34,301 nucleotides of DNA from a virus (IMGVR_UViG_3300029822_000044:1-34301), one strand, 5' to 3'. Shown: positions 19,458 to 27,203, counted from the stretch's first letter. Made by a program: numbers and translations. Notes: generated by a model from the letters alone, not told the origin.

Positions 19458-19563
19458 ACCCCGAACGCCGGCAATTCGAACAACGCGCGGAATGTCAACA
19501 CGGACGGCACGCTCAACAACAACAACGCGTACAATGGCAACAATGGCGTTCGGCCGGATTTGG
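19458..19563 (+). repeat. DGR template repeat (TR) with IMH* at its 3' end
   Basis: 106 nt with 13 AAY codons and 32 adenines; matches 21435-21540 and 32571-32674 except at TR adenines. Confidence 0.97.
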
Positions 19564-19726
19564 TGGAAATCGTGACCGAGTACGGCGAAGAACCCGAAAG
19601 CAGAGAACCCCAACAAAGGAGGACATATCCTTCCCGCCGCCGGAAAGGCCAGGGTAAACACAAGATTGCTGACGCGAGGGCTTCGGCTACGACGCCCGGA
19701 CTATAAGCGGCAAGGAGGATTTTATA
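19564..19726 (+). ncRNA. TR-RT spacer, probable structured part of the DGR RNA
   Basis: Non-coding gap between TR and RT with short stems (AAGGA/TCCTT, GCC-GGAAA-GGC, TTGCTG/CGGCAA); position equals the BPP-1 spacer. Structure is inferred. Confidence 0.5.
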
Positions 19727-20857
19727 TTGAGCGAAGAACAGATCCCGGTTTCTGACTTCGCGAAATTGGCAGACCTGAATAATCTTTATGCGGCATACAT
19801 GGAAGCCCGGAAGGGTAAACGCTGGAAATATGCGGTCGTGAAATATGAGATCAACGCACTTGAAAACCTTACATTCCTTCACTATATGCTGACGTCGAAG
19901 AAATACCGACTTAGCCCGTACAACTGTTTCATGGTGTACGAACCGAAGGAAAGATTGATCATGTATAATTCGTTCCGCGACAAGATCGTCCAGCACAGCC
20001 TTTGCGATAACGTCCTGGAACCGCACCTTCAAAAGACATTCATTTTTGACAACTACGCAAGCCAGAAAGGGAAAGGAACACATTTCGGACTTGACCGCCT
20101 GAAAATGTTCATGCGGAAATATTACCGGCAATACGGGGCAGACGGCTGGGTCCTGAAATGTGACGTTAAAAAGTATTTTTACAGTATAGATCATGGCGTT
20201 TTGAAGTCACAGCTTCGCCGGGTCATTCACGATCCGGACGTTCTGTGGCTTCTTGACATGATAATTGATTCCACCGAAGGAAAAGGAATCCCGATCGGCA
20301 ATCATACCAGCCAATGGTTCGCGGTCCTCTATCTTTCCGGAATGGATCATTTTATCAAGGAACGCTTGGGAATCAAATATTACGGCCGGTACATGGACGA
20401 CTTCTATCTGATCCACAACGACAAGGACCACCTTCGTTATTGCCTGGACGAAATACGCCGGTATGTCGAAGCCCTGGGCCTGGAACTGAACCAGAAGACA
20501 GCGATCTTCCCACTGAAACAGGGAATCGACTTCCTGGGATTCAGGACTTTCATGACGGACAGTGGAAAGGTCGTTCAGAAAATTCGCCGTGACAGCAAGA
20601 ACCGAATCCGCCGGAAGCTGAAAAAATTCCGCGGATTGCTTGACGAAGGCCGGATCGACTTTGAAACGATCCTGGCTTCATACGCAAGCTGGACAGGCCA
20701 TGCTGAACACGGGAATAGTCACCACCTTATAAGGCAGACGGACGAATTGTTCTACTGCCTATTTTCTAAAGAATTGGAGGGTTATCATGGCAAAGTTAAT
20801 ATCGACGTTACCCGTTGGATCAATCGTGAAGTCCGTGAACACGAAGTACAACAATAG
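19727..20857 (+). CDS. DGR reverse transcriptase
   Basis: TTG start with AAGGAGG RBS; GKGTH, LKCDVKKYFYSIDH, GIPIGNHTSQWFA (DGR GxxxSQ), YGRYMDDF and IDFLGF; 376 aa with no endonuclease domain. Confidence 0.97.
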   Translation: MSEEQIPVSDFAKLADLNNLYAAYMEARKGKRWKYAVVKYEINALENLTFLHYMLTSKKYRLSPYNCFMVYEPKERLIMYNSFRDKIVQHSLCDNVLEPHLQKTFIFDNYASQKGKGTHFGLDRLKMFMRKYYRQYGADGWVLKCDVKKYFYSIDHGVLKSQLRRVIHDPDVLWLLDMIIDSTEGKGIPIGNHTSQWFAVLYLSGMDHFIKERLGIKYYGRYMDDFYLIHNDKDHLRYCLDEIRRYVEALGLELNQKTAIFPLKQGIDFLGFRTFMTDSGKVVQKIRRDSKNRIRRKLKKFRGLLDEGRIDFETILASYASWTGHAEHGNSHHLIRQTDELFYCLFSKELEGYHGKVNIDVTRWINREVREHEVQQ

Positions 20858-22493
20858 CGTCATTCGATTCATTGTCGGACACCAGGCTTCCGGAAGAACG
20901 AAGCTGATAGCCGAAAAAATTATCACCCTGAAATGCTTCGACGCGATTGAAGCCAGCAACCCGGACAACAACCGCAAGCAATACGGAAATAACCGTTACA
21001 GCCAATCGAATATTGATCAATGGCTGAACAGTGCGGCCGGCGCCGGCGCATGGTACAGCGCGCGCCATTCCTACGACGCACCGCCTAACAATGCGAACGT
21101 CTGGTCGAACTATAACGAATATGACGCCCAGCCTGGCTTCCTGTCCTTCTTCGAAGAAAGTTTCAGGAATGCAATCCTTGACAGTACGATCAGGGTCGCG
21201 AAGAATACAGTCACCGACGGCGGAGGTTATGAAGACATAACCCGAAAGGTCTATCTTCTTTCAAACACAGAAGTCGGCCTGGCGAACGAAAACAGCGTCG
21301 CAGAAGGTACGAAGTGGGACCTATTCAGCAATGACAACAGCAGAAAGGCGAACCCGACGGCCGAAGCTGTCAGCGCTTCCGAATACACAAATTCCAGCCT
21401 GAACGCTTCTTCCCCCTGGCACTGGTGGTTAAGAACCCCGTACGCCGGCGATTCGAGCAGCGCGCGGTATGTCAACACGGGCGGCGCGCTCAACAACGGC
21501 GACGCGTACGATGGCAGCAATGGCGTTCGGCCGGCTTTGGAAGTGGGTTCTGGAATCTTGGTATCTGATTCTGTGGATACCGACGGCGCTTATATTATCC
21601 AGTGGAACCAGCCGCCCACAACCCCGTCTTCAATTTCTCACGGAACCCCACGCGCTGGTCAATCCATAACCATTACCACAGGCGGATCGACTGATCCGGA
21701 AGGAAATCCGATAAATTATGTCTTCGAACGTCGCGTCGATTCCGGGGCCTATGTCCAGATCGGAATCACGTCTTCTACTTCGATCACAGACACCGTCCCG
21801 TCGTCCGGAACGAATTATCAGGTCCGCGTGAAGGCGGTCGATTCCCTGGGCGCTGAATCGGCATACAGGACCGGGACACCGACGCCTATTTCGTACAACA
21901 CGAACCCGGTGATCAGCGGTTCAGATCAGAACGTAGGCGCGAAGACGGCGCCTTTGACATACGACTACACAGTGACCGACGCTGAATCGGCCAGCCAGAC
22001 CTTGACCGTCACCGAAGCGGTAACAAACGGAGCGGAAACAATCACCCTTCGCACCTATACCGCAACAAACGGCGCAACGAACACGGCTGACCTGTCTTCT
22101 GTATGGCTTCGACTTCTGGCCGGATCGCATACCTTGACGATCAGTGTCAACGACGGCGCCGGAGGAACGGCCCAGCGTGTGATCACGTTCAGCCGAACCG
22201 TCACCAGAATCGCCGCTTCCCGCGCGTTCTCTACGGACGAACTGGTCACAAAATGCTTCGTGTCACTCTATCCTTCGGACAGGCCTTCCGATAGCGTCCT
22301 TCATTGCGAAGTGTCGAACAATCCCTTCGATCCTTCGCCGGTATGGGAAGACATCACGTCGAAGGTCAATCTGTACGTCCACACGTTCGCGAACACGACC
22401 GTCGAAACGACTAACGGCCTGGCGTATCGCTTCACGCTTACGAAGGGAACCCAGACGATCGAAGTTATTCAGGCGACGATCAGGTTCGCCTAA
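20787..22493 (+). CDS. DGR target 1: putative tail fibre/adhesin with N-terminal variable domain (DUF6273-like) and FN3/Ig-like beta-rich C-terminus
   Basis: NNRYSQSNIDQWLNS, KVYLLSNTEVG, WWLRTP-VR-GVRPAL, then NQPPTTPSSI...TDPEGNPINY...YQVRVKAVDSLGAESAY; located at the end of the tail module. Confidence 0.85.
   Translation: MAKLISTLPVGSIVKSVNTKYNNSVIRFIVGHQASGRTKLIAEKIITLKCFDAIEASNPDNNRKQYGNNRYSQSNIDQWLNSAAGAGAWYSARHSYDAPPNNANVWSNYNEYDAQPGFLSFFEESFRNAILDSTIRVAKNTVTDGGGYEDITRKVYLLSNTEVGLANENSVAEGTKWDLFSNDNSRKANPTAEAVSASEYTNSSLNASSPWHWWLRTPYAGDSSSARYVNTGGALNNGDAYDGSNGVRPALEVGSGILVSDSVDTDGAYIIQWNQPPTTPSSISHGTPRAGQSITITTGGSTDPEGNPINYVFERRVDSGAYVQIGITSSTSITDTVPSSGTNYQVRVKAVDSLGAESAYRTGTPTPISYNTNPVISGSDQNVGAKTAPLTYDYTVTDAESASQTLTVTEAVTNGAETITLRTYTATNGATNTADLSSVWLRLLAGSHTLTISVNDGAGGTAQRVITFSRTVTRIAASRAFSTDELVTKCFVSLYPSDRPSDSVLHCEVSNNPFDPSPVWEDITSKVNLYVHTFANTTVETTNGLAYRFTLTKGTQTIEVIQATIRFA
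21435..21540 (+). repeat. Variable repeat VR1
   Basis: 13 mismatches to TR over 106 nt, all at TR A (10 A>G, 2 A>T, 1 A>C), no indels. Confidence 0.97.
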
Positions 22494-22508
22494 AAGGAGG
22501 GAATCGAA

Positions 22509-22652
22509 ATGTTTGATCCTAAAGAATGTGATTATGTACCGAAGGACAAGAAGGAAAACGAAAAGGACCTTCTGATCAAACAGCTATTAGAGGAAAACGA
22601 ACTTCTGAAAGGCTGTATCATGGAAATTTGCGACGTTGTGTTCGCTGAATAA
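22509..22652 (+). CDS. Small hypothetical protein (47 aa; not in the ORF track)
   Basis: AAGGAGG RBS; MFDPKECDYVPKDKKENEKDLLIKQLLEENELLKGCIMEICDVVFAE. Confidence 0.7.
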   Translation: MFDPKECDYVPKDKKENEKDLLIKQLLEENELLKGCIMEICDVVFAE

Positions 22653-22672
22653 ACGAGGAAGGAGGACACGCC

Positions 22673-22813
22673 ATGTCTAAACTGGTTCAGTTATATGTCA
22701 ATGAAATCAAAGCCGGTAATTTGACCATTGAAGACGTTCCGGCCGGCCTTAAAAGCAAAGTCGAAGCGGCACTTTCGTCCGATCAGGAAACACAGGAAAA
22801 CGAGGTGGTCTAA
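22673..22813 (+). CDS. CD1375-like small protein (46 aa; not in the ORF track)
   Basis: AAGGAGG RBS; MSKLVQLYVNEIKAGNLTIEDVPAGLKSKVEAAL. Confidence 0.7.
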   Translation: MSKLVQLYVNEIKAGNLTIEDVPAGLKSKVEAALSSDQETQENEVV

Positions 22814-22873
22814 TTGCGGACCACCGTTTTCATATTCCTTGCAAGGATATTTTTCGGAAAGGAGGTCTTCGAA

Positions 22874-23005
22874 ATGTTAGTTCGTCTTTATGCCGGCGAA
22901 ATCATTCTGGGAAAGATTCAGCTTGAAAACGTCCCGAATGGTCTTCGGCCACGCGTAACCGCGTACTTGGTCGAAATGGGTTACATTGAAGACGCCGCCC
23001 AGTAA
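22874..23005 (+). CDS. Second CD1375-like small protein (43 aa)
   Basis: AAGGAGG RBS; MLVRLYAGEIILGKIQLENVPNGLRPRVTAYL. Confidence 0.65.
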   Translation: MLVRLYAGEIILGKIQLENVPNGLRPRVTAYLVEMGYIEDAAQ

Positions 23006-23026
23006 GCGACGCAAAAAAAAGAACGG

Positions 23027-23061
23027 CCCCCTGGGGATCACTTCCCAGGGGGTTATCTTTT
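23027..23061 (+). terminator. Strong hairpin between tail and lysis modules
   Basis: CCCCCTGGG-GATCACTT-CCCAGGGGG followed by TTATCTTTT. Confidence 0.7.
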
Positions 23062-23077
23062 GAAAGGAGCATTTAAT

Positions 23078-24433
23078 ATGTCAACATTTACAGCTTCCGG
23101 CCTGGTTGACTATGTCAAAAAGGCCCTTAAAACAAAGACCGTCTATATGTGGGGCGGTATTATGCGACTGGTCACGGAATCATATATTTCCGGAAAAGTA
23201 AACCAATATCCGGACTGGTACAATCCCGCACGCGTCCAGAAATTCCGTTCACTGATTGGAAGAGACTTCTACGGCGTGGATTGTGTCGGTCTGATTAAGT
23301 CCTATTACTGGGGCGGCTTCGGGTCCCCGAATTACAGTGCCAACACCGACAAGAGCGCGAACGGTATGTTCCAGGCGGCAACAGAAAAAGGACCGATCGG
23401 AACTATTCCTGAAATCCCCGGCGTCTGTGTCTGGCTTGACGGCCATATCGGCGTCTATATCGGCGGCGGCCTGGTGATTGAATCCACAAATAACACAAAA
23501 TTTGGTGACGGCGTATGTCAGACAAAGCTGTCTGATCGTAACTGGACAAACTGGCTGAAATGCCCTTATATCGAATATGACCAGGCGGATCAGAACAGCG
23601 GTTCACCTATTTCAAAAGGCAACACTGAACAGGAAACCTTTATCAATAAGATCGGACCTATGGCGTCGGCTGATATGAAGACGTCCGGAATCCTGGCTTC
23701 CCTGACGATCGCCCAGGCAATCCTTGAATCTGGCTGGGGGAAGTCCGGCCTGGCAACGGCCGCGAATAACCTGTTCGGAATCAAGGGGGCATATAACGGC
23801 GCCGGCTACACCTGCAAGACGCAGGAATGGGACGGGTCGAAATATATCACCGTTGACGCTACATTCAGGAAATACCCTTCATGGGCGGAATCTGTCGCGG
23901 ATCATTCAGCCTTGTTCAACCGACTTGATCGTTACAAGAACCTTCGCGGCTTGACCGACTATAAACTGGCCTGTCAATATGTTCGCGAAGACGGTTACGC
24001 TACTGATCCGGAATACACAAACAAGCTGATCAACCTGATCGAAAAGTACAACCTGACGGCCTGGGACGTGAAAGTTCCTTCTTCTGGCGAAAATTCACAG
24101 CCGCCTTCTGAAACTGTTTACACAGTAAAAAGCGGCGATACGCTTTCAAAAATTGCGTCCGCTTATGGAACGACATACCAGGCATTGGCCGCATATAACG
24201 GGATCGCAAACCCGAACGTCATTTATGTCGGCCAGAAAATTAAAATCCCTTCCGGAAAGTCCGGTACGTCCACACCGGCGCCGAAGACCTACACGGTAAA
24301 GAAGGGTGACAGTCTGTGGCAGATCGCACAGTCACAGCTTGGAAATGGGTCCAGGTGGCCCGAAATTCAAAAACTGAACGGTCTGTCCGGAACGACTATC
24401 TACGCCGGCCAGGTCTTAAAATTACCGGCATAA
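23078..24433 (+). CDS. Endolysin: NlpC/P60-like peptidase + GH73 glucosaminidase + 2 LysM
   Basis: YMWGG...DCVGLIK...GHIGVYIG; [28 protein letters not shown]; two YTVK.GD.L LysM repeats. Confidence 0.9.
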   Translation: MSTFTASGLVDYVKKALKTKTVYMWGGIMRLVTESYISGKVNQYPDWYNPARVQKFRSLIGRDFYGVDCVGLIKSYYWGGFGSPNYSANTDKSANGMFQAATEKGPIGTIPEIPGVCVWLDGHIGVYIGGGLVIESTNNTKFGDGVCQTKLSDRNWTNWLKCPYIEYDQADQNSGSPISKGNTEQETFINKIGPMASADMKTSGILASLTIAQAILESGWGKSGLATAANNLFGIKGAYNGAGYTCKTQEWDGSKYITVDATFRKYPSWAESVADHSALFNRLDRYKNLRGLTDYKLACQYVREDGYATDPEYTNKLINLIEKYNLTAWDVKVPSSGENSQPPSETVYTVKSGDTLSKIASAYGTTYQALAAYNGIANPNVIYVGQKIKIPSGKSGTSTPAPKTYTVKKGDSLWQIAQSQLGNGSRWPEIQKLNGLSGTTIYAGQVLKLPA

Positions 24434-24453
24434 CCGGAAAGCGGGGTGAATCT

Positions 24454-24747
24454 ATGACAGTTGAATTGACAGTCGTCATTTCGATCGCTTGTGCCTTGCT
24501 TGGCGCCGGAATCGGTGTGGCGACTTTCAAAAAGAACAGTGAAAAAGACGCGGCCGAAGAAGGGAAAAACGACGGCGTCTTTCTGACTGAAATCGGCTAT
24601 ATCAAAGCTGGTATTGACGACATTAAGCGCAAACAGGACAAGCAGGACGAACAGTATATAAAAATTGCGGAACGCCTGACCGCTGTCGAAGAATCGGCAA
24701 AACAGGCACATCACCGAATTAACAGATTGGAGGGAACAGAAAGATGA
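24454..24747 (+). CDS. Lysis-module membrane protein (one TM + coiled coil, XhlA-like)
   Basis: MTVELTVVISIACALLGAGIGVATF...ERLTAVEESAKQAHHRINRLE. Confidence 0.7.
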   Translation: MTVELTVVISIACALLGAGIGVATFKKNSEKDAAEEGKNDGVFLTEIGYIKAGIDDIKRKQDKQDEQYIKIAERLTAVEESAKQAHHRINRLEGTER

Positions 24748-24974
24748 AAACTTTATCGGAAAAGCTGGCTTCTTTGATCAATGTAAAGACGATTGTCACC
24801 TTCGTCGTGATCGCCGTCTTCGCGATCCTTGCCCTTCGTGGGGTATTTGACGCACAGGCAACAATGCAGATCGTGACAATGGTGATCGCTTTCTATTTCG
24901 GCACACAGCACGAAAAGAAGGACACCGGCGGCAATGCTGGCGGCGAATCAAACAGCGATTCGGCAGATACTTAA
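24744..24974 (+). CDS. Holin
   Basis: 76 aa, two TM segments, LINVKTIVT...VIAFYFGTQ and a charged tail. Confidence 0.8.
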   Translation: MKTLSEKLASLINVKTIVTFVVIAVFAILALRGVFDAQATMQIVTMVIAFYFGTQHEKKDTGGNAGGESNSDSADT

Positions 24975-24979
24975 ACACG

Positions 24980-25020
24980 AAAAAGCGGACGGGGAAATTA
25001 AACCCTGTCCGCTATTTTTA
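24980..25020. terminator. Bidirectional terminator between holin and integrase
   Basis: AAAAAGCGGACGGGG-loop-CCCTGTCCGCTATTTTT between convergent genes. Confidence 0.75.
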
Positions 25021-25425
25021 TTATCAAGGCGAAACAATCCTGGAAGACCAGAATATCTTCAAAGGGGTTCGCCTTATTTTGCTTTGGTGGAGGGTCAGAC
25101 TTCAAAGTCGAACCCTTCGCCGGATCAGTCGGGAAGCTGTCGCCGTCTACCTGGACAGAACGTGGCCGCCCGCTTTCGTCGATATAGTTATAAGTGATCG
25201 TGATATGATCGTCATATACAAAAACGGCCTTCACGAAGACGTCAATAATCTTCTTTCTGTATTCCGGATCATATACGTCGCCGTCCTTGAATTGTTCAAG
25301 CCAGAAAATCACCTGGTTCTTTGTGACCTTTGGCGTGATTATTTCTTCCTGGGTGATCCGTCCTTCAAGGGTCTTCTTCTCTTTTTCCAATTCAGCCAGG
25401 CGCGCCTGTGTGGATTCTGAAAAGA
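24998..25425 (-). pseudogene. Large serine integrase, C-terminal fragment
   Basis: Removing the insert restores EAGIFS-ESTQARLAELEKEKKTLEGRI; RKKIIDVFVKAVFVYDDHITITYN is the typical LSR end. Confidence 0.88.
25065..25115. other. Candidate attP
   Basis: 11-bp inverted arms GGGTTCGCCTT / AAGTCGAACCC (10/11 match) spanning 51 bp around TGGTGGAG; minus strand reads GGGTTCGACT-N13-CTCCACCA. Confidence 0.55.
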
Positions 25426-25465
25426 GGGTATCGAACTTTAACTGTGGAAAATAAAAAGAGAGACG

Positions 25466-25615
25466 TTAAAATTCATCTCTCTCAATGACTTCAAGTAATT
25501 GTGGAATTGATACACCAAACCCTTCTACAAGTTTGGGTGGTGAGAAGTCAAATGACCCGTATAACATATCTTGTGTGCCGATAACTTTAAACTCTGGTAA
25601 ATTAAGTGCGTTCAT
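25466..25615 (-). pseudogene. 49-aa ORF, probable internally deleted ISL3 transposase (N- and C-terminal remnants)
   Basis: MNALNLPEFKVIGTQDMLYGSFDFSPPKLVEGFGVSIPQLLEVIERDEF; RBS present; the ends resemble ISL3 transposase termini as I recall them (unverified). Confidence 0.5.
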
Positions 25616-25624
25616 GATGTCCTC

Positions 25625-25990
25625 TTATTCATCTGAAATCTCACTTACAAACTCATTGGATGTATTATCACAAAGGCATGTTGCAGTGAGATTAAGATAA
25701 TACTCCTTATTATAATATTGGGATTGGGCTTTGTATTTGTGCCTTGCAATTTCAATTGCTCTATCTTCATTTTCAGCAATAACGAAGCACTTAACAACTC
25801 CAAAGCCTACATAACCGTTATTTACTTCGTATAACTTCATGTATTTGTTGCTATTTAAATGAATTTCATAGGTACCTATATTATCATTTTCTTCGCAAAG
25901 GCTATATAAATCGTTTTCTAATGTATCCATGTCATAAATTTCTAATTCTCCATTAATCTTAACAATCTTACTATCACTTACATTTTCCAT
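25625..25990 (-). CDS. Passenger hypothetical protein (121 aa)
   Basis: GAGGTG RBS, AT-rich codons, acidic; C-terminal half MKLYEV...FVIAENEDRAIEIA resembles small phage proteins. Confidence 0.65.
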   Translation of the reverse strand: MENVSDSKIVKINGELEIYDMDTLENDLYSLCEENDNIGTYEIHLNSNKYMKLYEVNNGYVGFGVVKCFVIAENEDRAIEIARHKYKAQSQYYNKEYYLNLTATCLCDNTSNEFVSEISDE

Positions 25991-26011
25991 AACATATATT
26001 CACCTCTAAAT

Positions 26012-26116
26012 ATGTATGGGCAGGGATTTGCACCCTGCAGTCGGAACCATTCTCACGGGCTTCGATTTAATCCTATTCCACCCGTTGTCTATGGCTGCGT
26101 CTACCTATATTTGCCT
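26012..26116 (-). ncRNA. tRNA-like structured RNA (D-arm-like and T-arm-like parts with a long central stem)
   Basis: Minus strand ATAGGTAGACGC...AGCCAT/ATGGTT and ACGGG/CCCGT stems...GCAGGGTGCAAATCCCTGC; no complete acceptor stem or CCA. Confidence 0.4.
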
Positions 26117-26122
26117 ATGAAT

Positions 26123-26152
26123 ATTATACCATAGTTAAAGTTACGTTGTCCA
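26123..26152 (-). promoter_or_regulatory. Sigma-A-type promoter inside the IS element
   Basis: TGGACA-18-TATAAT with extended -10 (TGgTATAAT), pointing into the tRNA-like RNA and passenger ORF. Confidence 0.5.
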
Positions 26153-26213
26153 CACTTAAAGTTGTTTTAAGAGATAAAATTTTATTTAATTTTCAAGGTT
26201 CAAATATTTTACA

Positions 26214-27032
26214 TTACACAGTTAAAGTTATATACCCTGAAAAGATACCGGCTTCGACTGCCCTGACCAGGTTCGCGATCGACTTCTTGACGCCTTCCAA
26301 TTCCATTTCCAGAGCATGAAGAAGACTTTTGTCCCGTTCGCGTCCTTGAAGTTCAATCACCTTGTCGGCGATAACTTCGATCACTTCGTCAATCAGGACG
26401 CGACGGACCGTTTCAATGACGACAAGGTCTTCGATCCAGTCTTTACGAACCGGCTTTTTATTACAGCCTTTCCGGCGCTTGGCATTCGCACATTTATAAT
26501 AATGGTATTTACGGCCTTTCGTTCTACTGGTCCCGCTTTCCCCGTTCATATTGGTTCCGCACTTGCCACAGAACAGTTTTGTTGAAAGTAAATAGTCCAC
26601 TTTCCCCGCCGCCCTTGCCGGCGCTTTTTTATTCAGGGCCAGCTTTTCCTGAACCCGCATGAAAAGCGCCTTATCAATTATCGAAGGGACGCCGCCTTCG
26701 ATCACAACATCATTCCATTTATAAACACCGATATATTTTTCATTCCTCTCAGACCCATTGACGATCGTCACCGGCGCATGGGCGTGTCCAATTATTCCGT
26801 TATTTGTATGGACATTTTCCACATTTACAGATTCATCACCAGTCAAGTATCCGGTAGAAACTCCGAAATAATCTGCCACTTGACGCAGAGTATCAGCGCG
26901 CGGGACAGCGCCTTTTTTCCATCCGCTGGCCGTTGACGCTTGCTTTCCTATTGCTTCGGCAAGGGCAGTAACCGAAATGCCTTTTTCAGAGCACAACTTT
27001 AATACCCTTTCGTAAAATACAGTATCCTTCAT
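26214..27032 (-). CDS. Chimeric ORF: XRE-family repressor HTH fused in frame to the distal part of a serine integrase (recombinase end, zinc ribbon, coiled coil)
   Basis: FYERVLKLCSEKGISVTALAEAIG...WKKG..P..DTL..VADYFGVSTGYL, then RNEKYIG, LLSTKLFCGKCG...YYKC...C; junction near 26745; ends inside the IS. Confidence 0.85.
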   Translation of the reverse strand: MKDTVFYERVLKLCSEKGISVTALAEAIGKQASTASGWKKGAVPRADTLRQVADYFGVSTGYLTGDESVNVENVHTNNGIIGHAHAPVTIVNGSERNEKYIGVYKWNDVVIEGGVPSIIDKALFMRVQEKLALNKKAPARAAGKVDYLLSTKLFCGKCGTNMNGESGTSRTKGRKYHYYKCANAKRRKGCNKKPVRKDWIEDLVVIETVRRVLIDEVIEVIADKVIELQGRERDKSLLHALEMELEGVKKSIANLVRAVEAGIFSGYITLTV

Positions 27033-27078
27033 TATCTCACCTCTAAAAAACAATTTTAAATAAAATACAAGTATCCTA

Positions 27079-27107
27079 TTGACAACGTAAGTATAATGAA
27101 GTATAAT
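27079..27107 (+). promoter_or_regulatory. Early (lytic) promoter, perfect sigma-A consensus
   Basis: TTGACA-17-TATAAT, overlapped by tandem AAGTATAATG repeats. Confidence 0.85.
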
Positions 27108-27203
27108 GAAGTCAATCCGATAGGGAATAGCAAAGCAGACCCCTTGATAATTCCCTTTTTCGGAAAAAATCAGGAGCTTGTGTTTAGTTTGGTCGCGCTC
27201 TCT

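Larger units (their letters stand above)
18975..21540 (+). mobile_element. Diversity-generating retroelement core (avd-TR-RT-target 1), with a remote second target at 32145-32852
   Basis: All canonical parts are present and intact, with adenine-only TR/VR mismatches. Confidence 0.96.
25426..26237 (-). mobile_element. 812-bp non-autonomous ISL3-like element with passenger gene
   Basis: 8-bp direct repeat TGAAAAGA at 25418-25425 and 26238-26245; TIRs GGGTATCGAACTTTAACTGTGGAAAATAAAA vs GGGTATATAACTTTAACTGTGTAATGTAAAA (26/31); AT-rich. Family assignment is inference. Confidence 0.88.

Noticed and set aside
19449-19706. 85-aa Asn-rich ORF
   Set aside because: It is the TR read in the VR frame (AAC codons) plus spacer; there is no convincing RBS and TRs act as RNA.
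19442-20194. Long antisense ORFs (this one and others such as 2318-2959 and 28700-29323)
   Set aside because: They shadow well-supported plus-strand genes and show no recognisable motifs or RBS.
19727-20857. RT as a group II intron, retron or Abi RT
   Set aside because: The GNHTSQ motif, adjacent avd and adenine-specific TR/VR pairs identify a DGR; I saw no intron domain V or msr-msd.
21560-21581. GGTATC/GATACC stem as the DGR homing hairpin
   Set aside because: Only 6 bp with a 10-nt loop and no equivalent at the same position after VR2.
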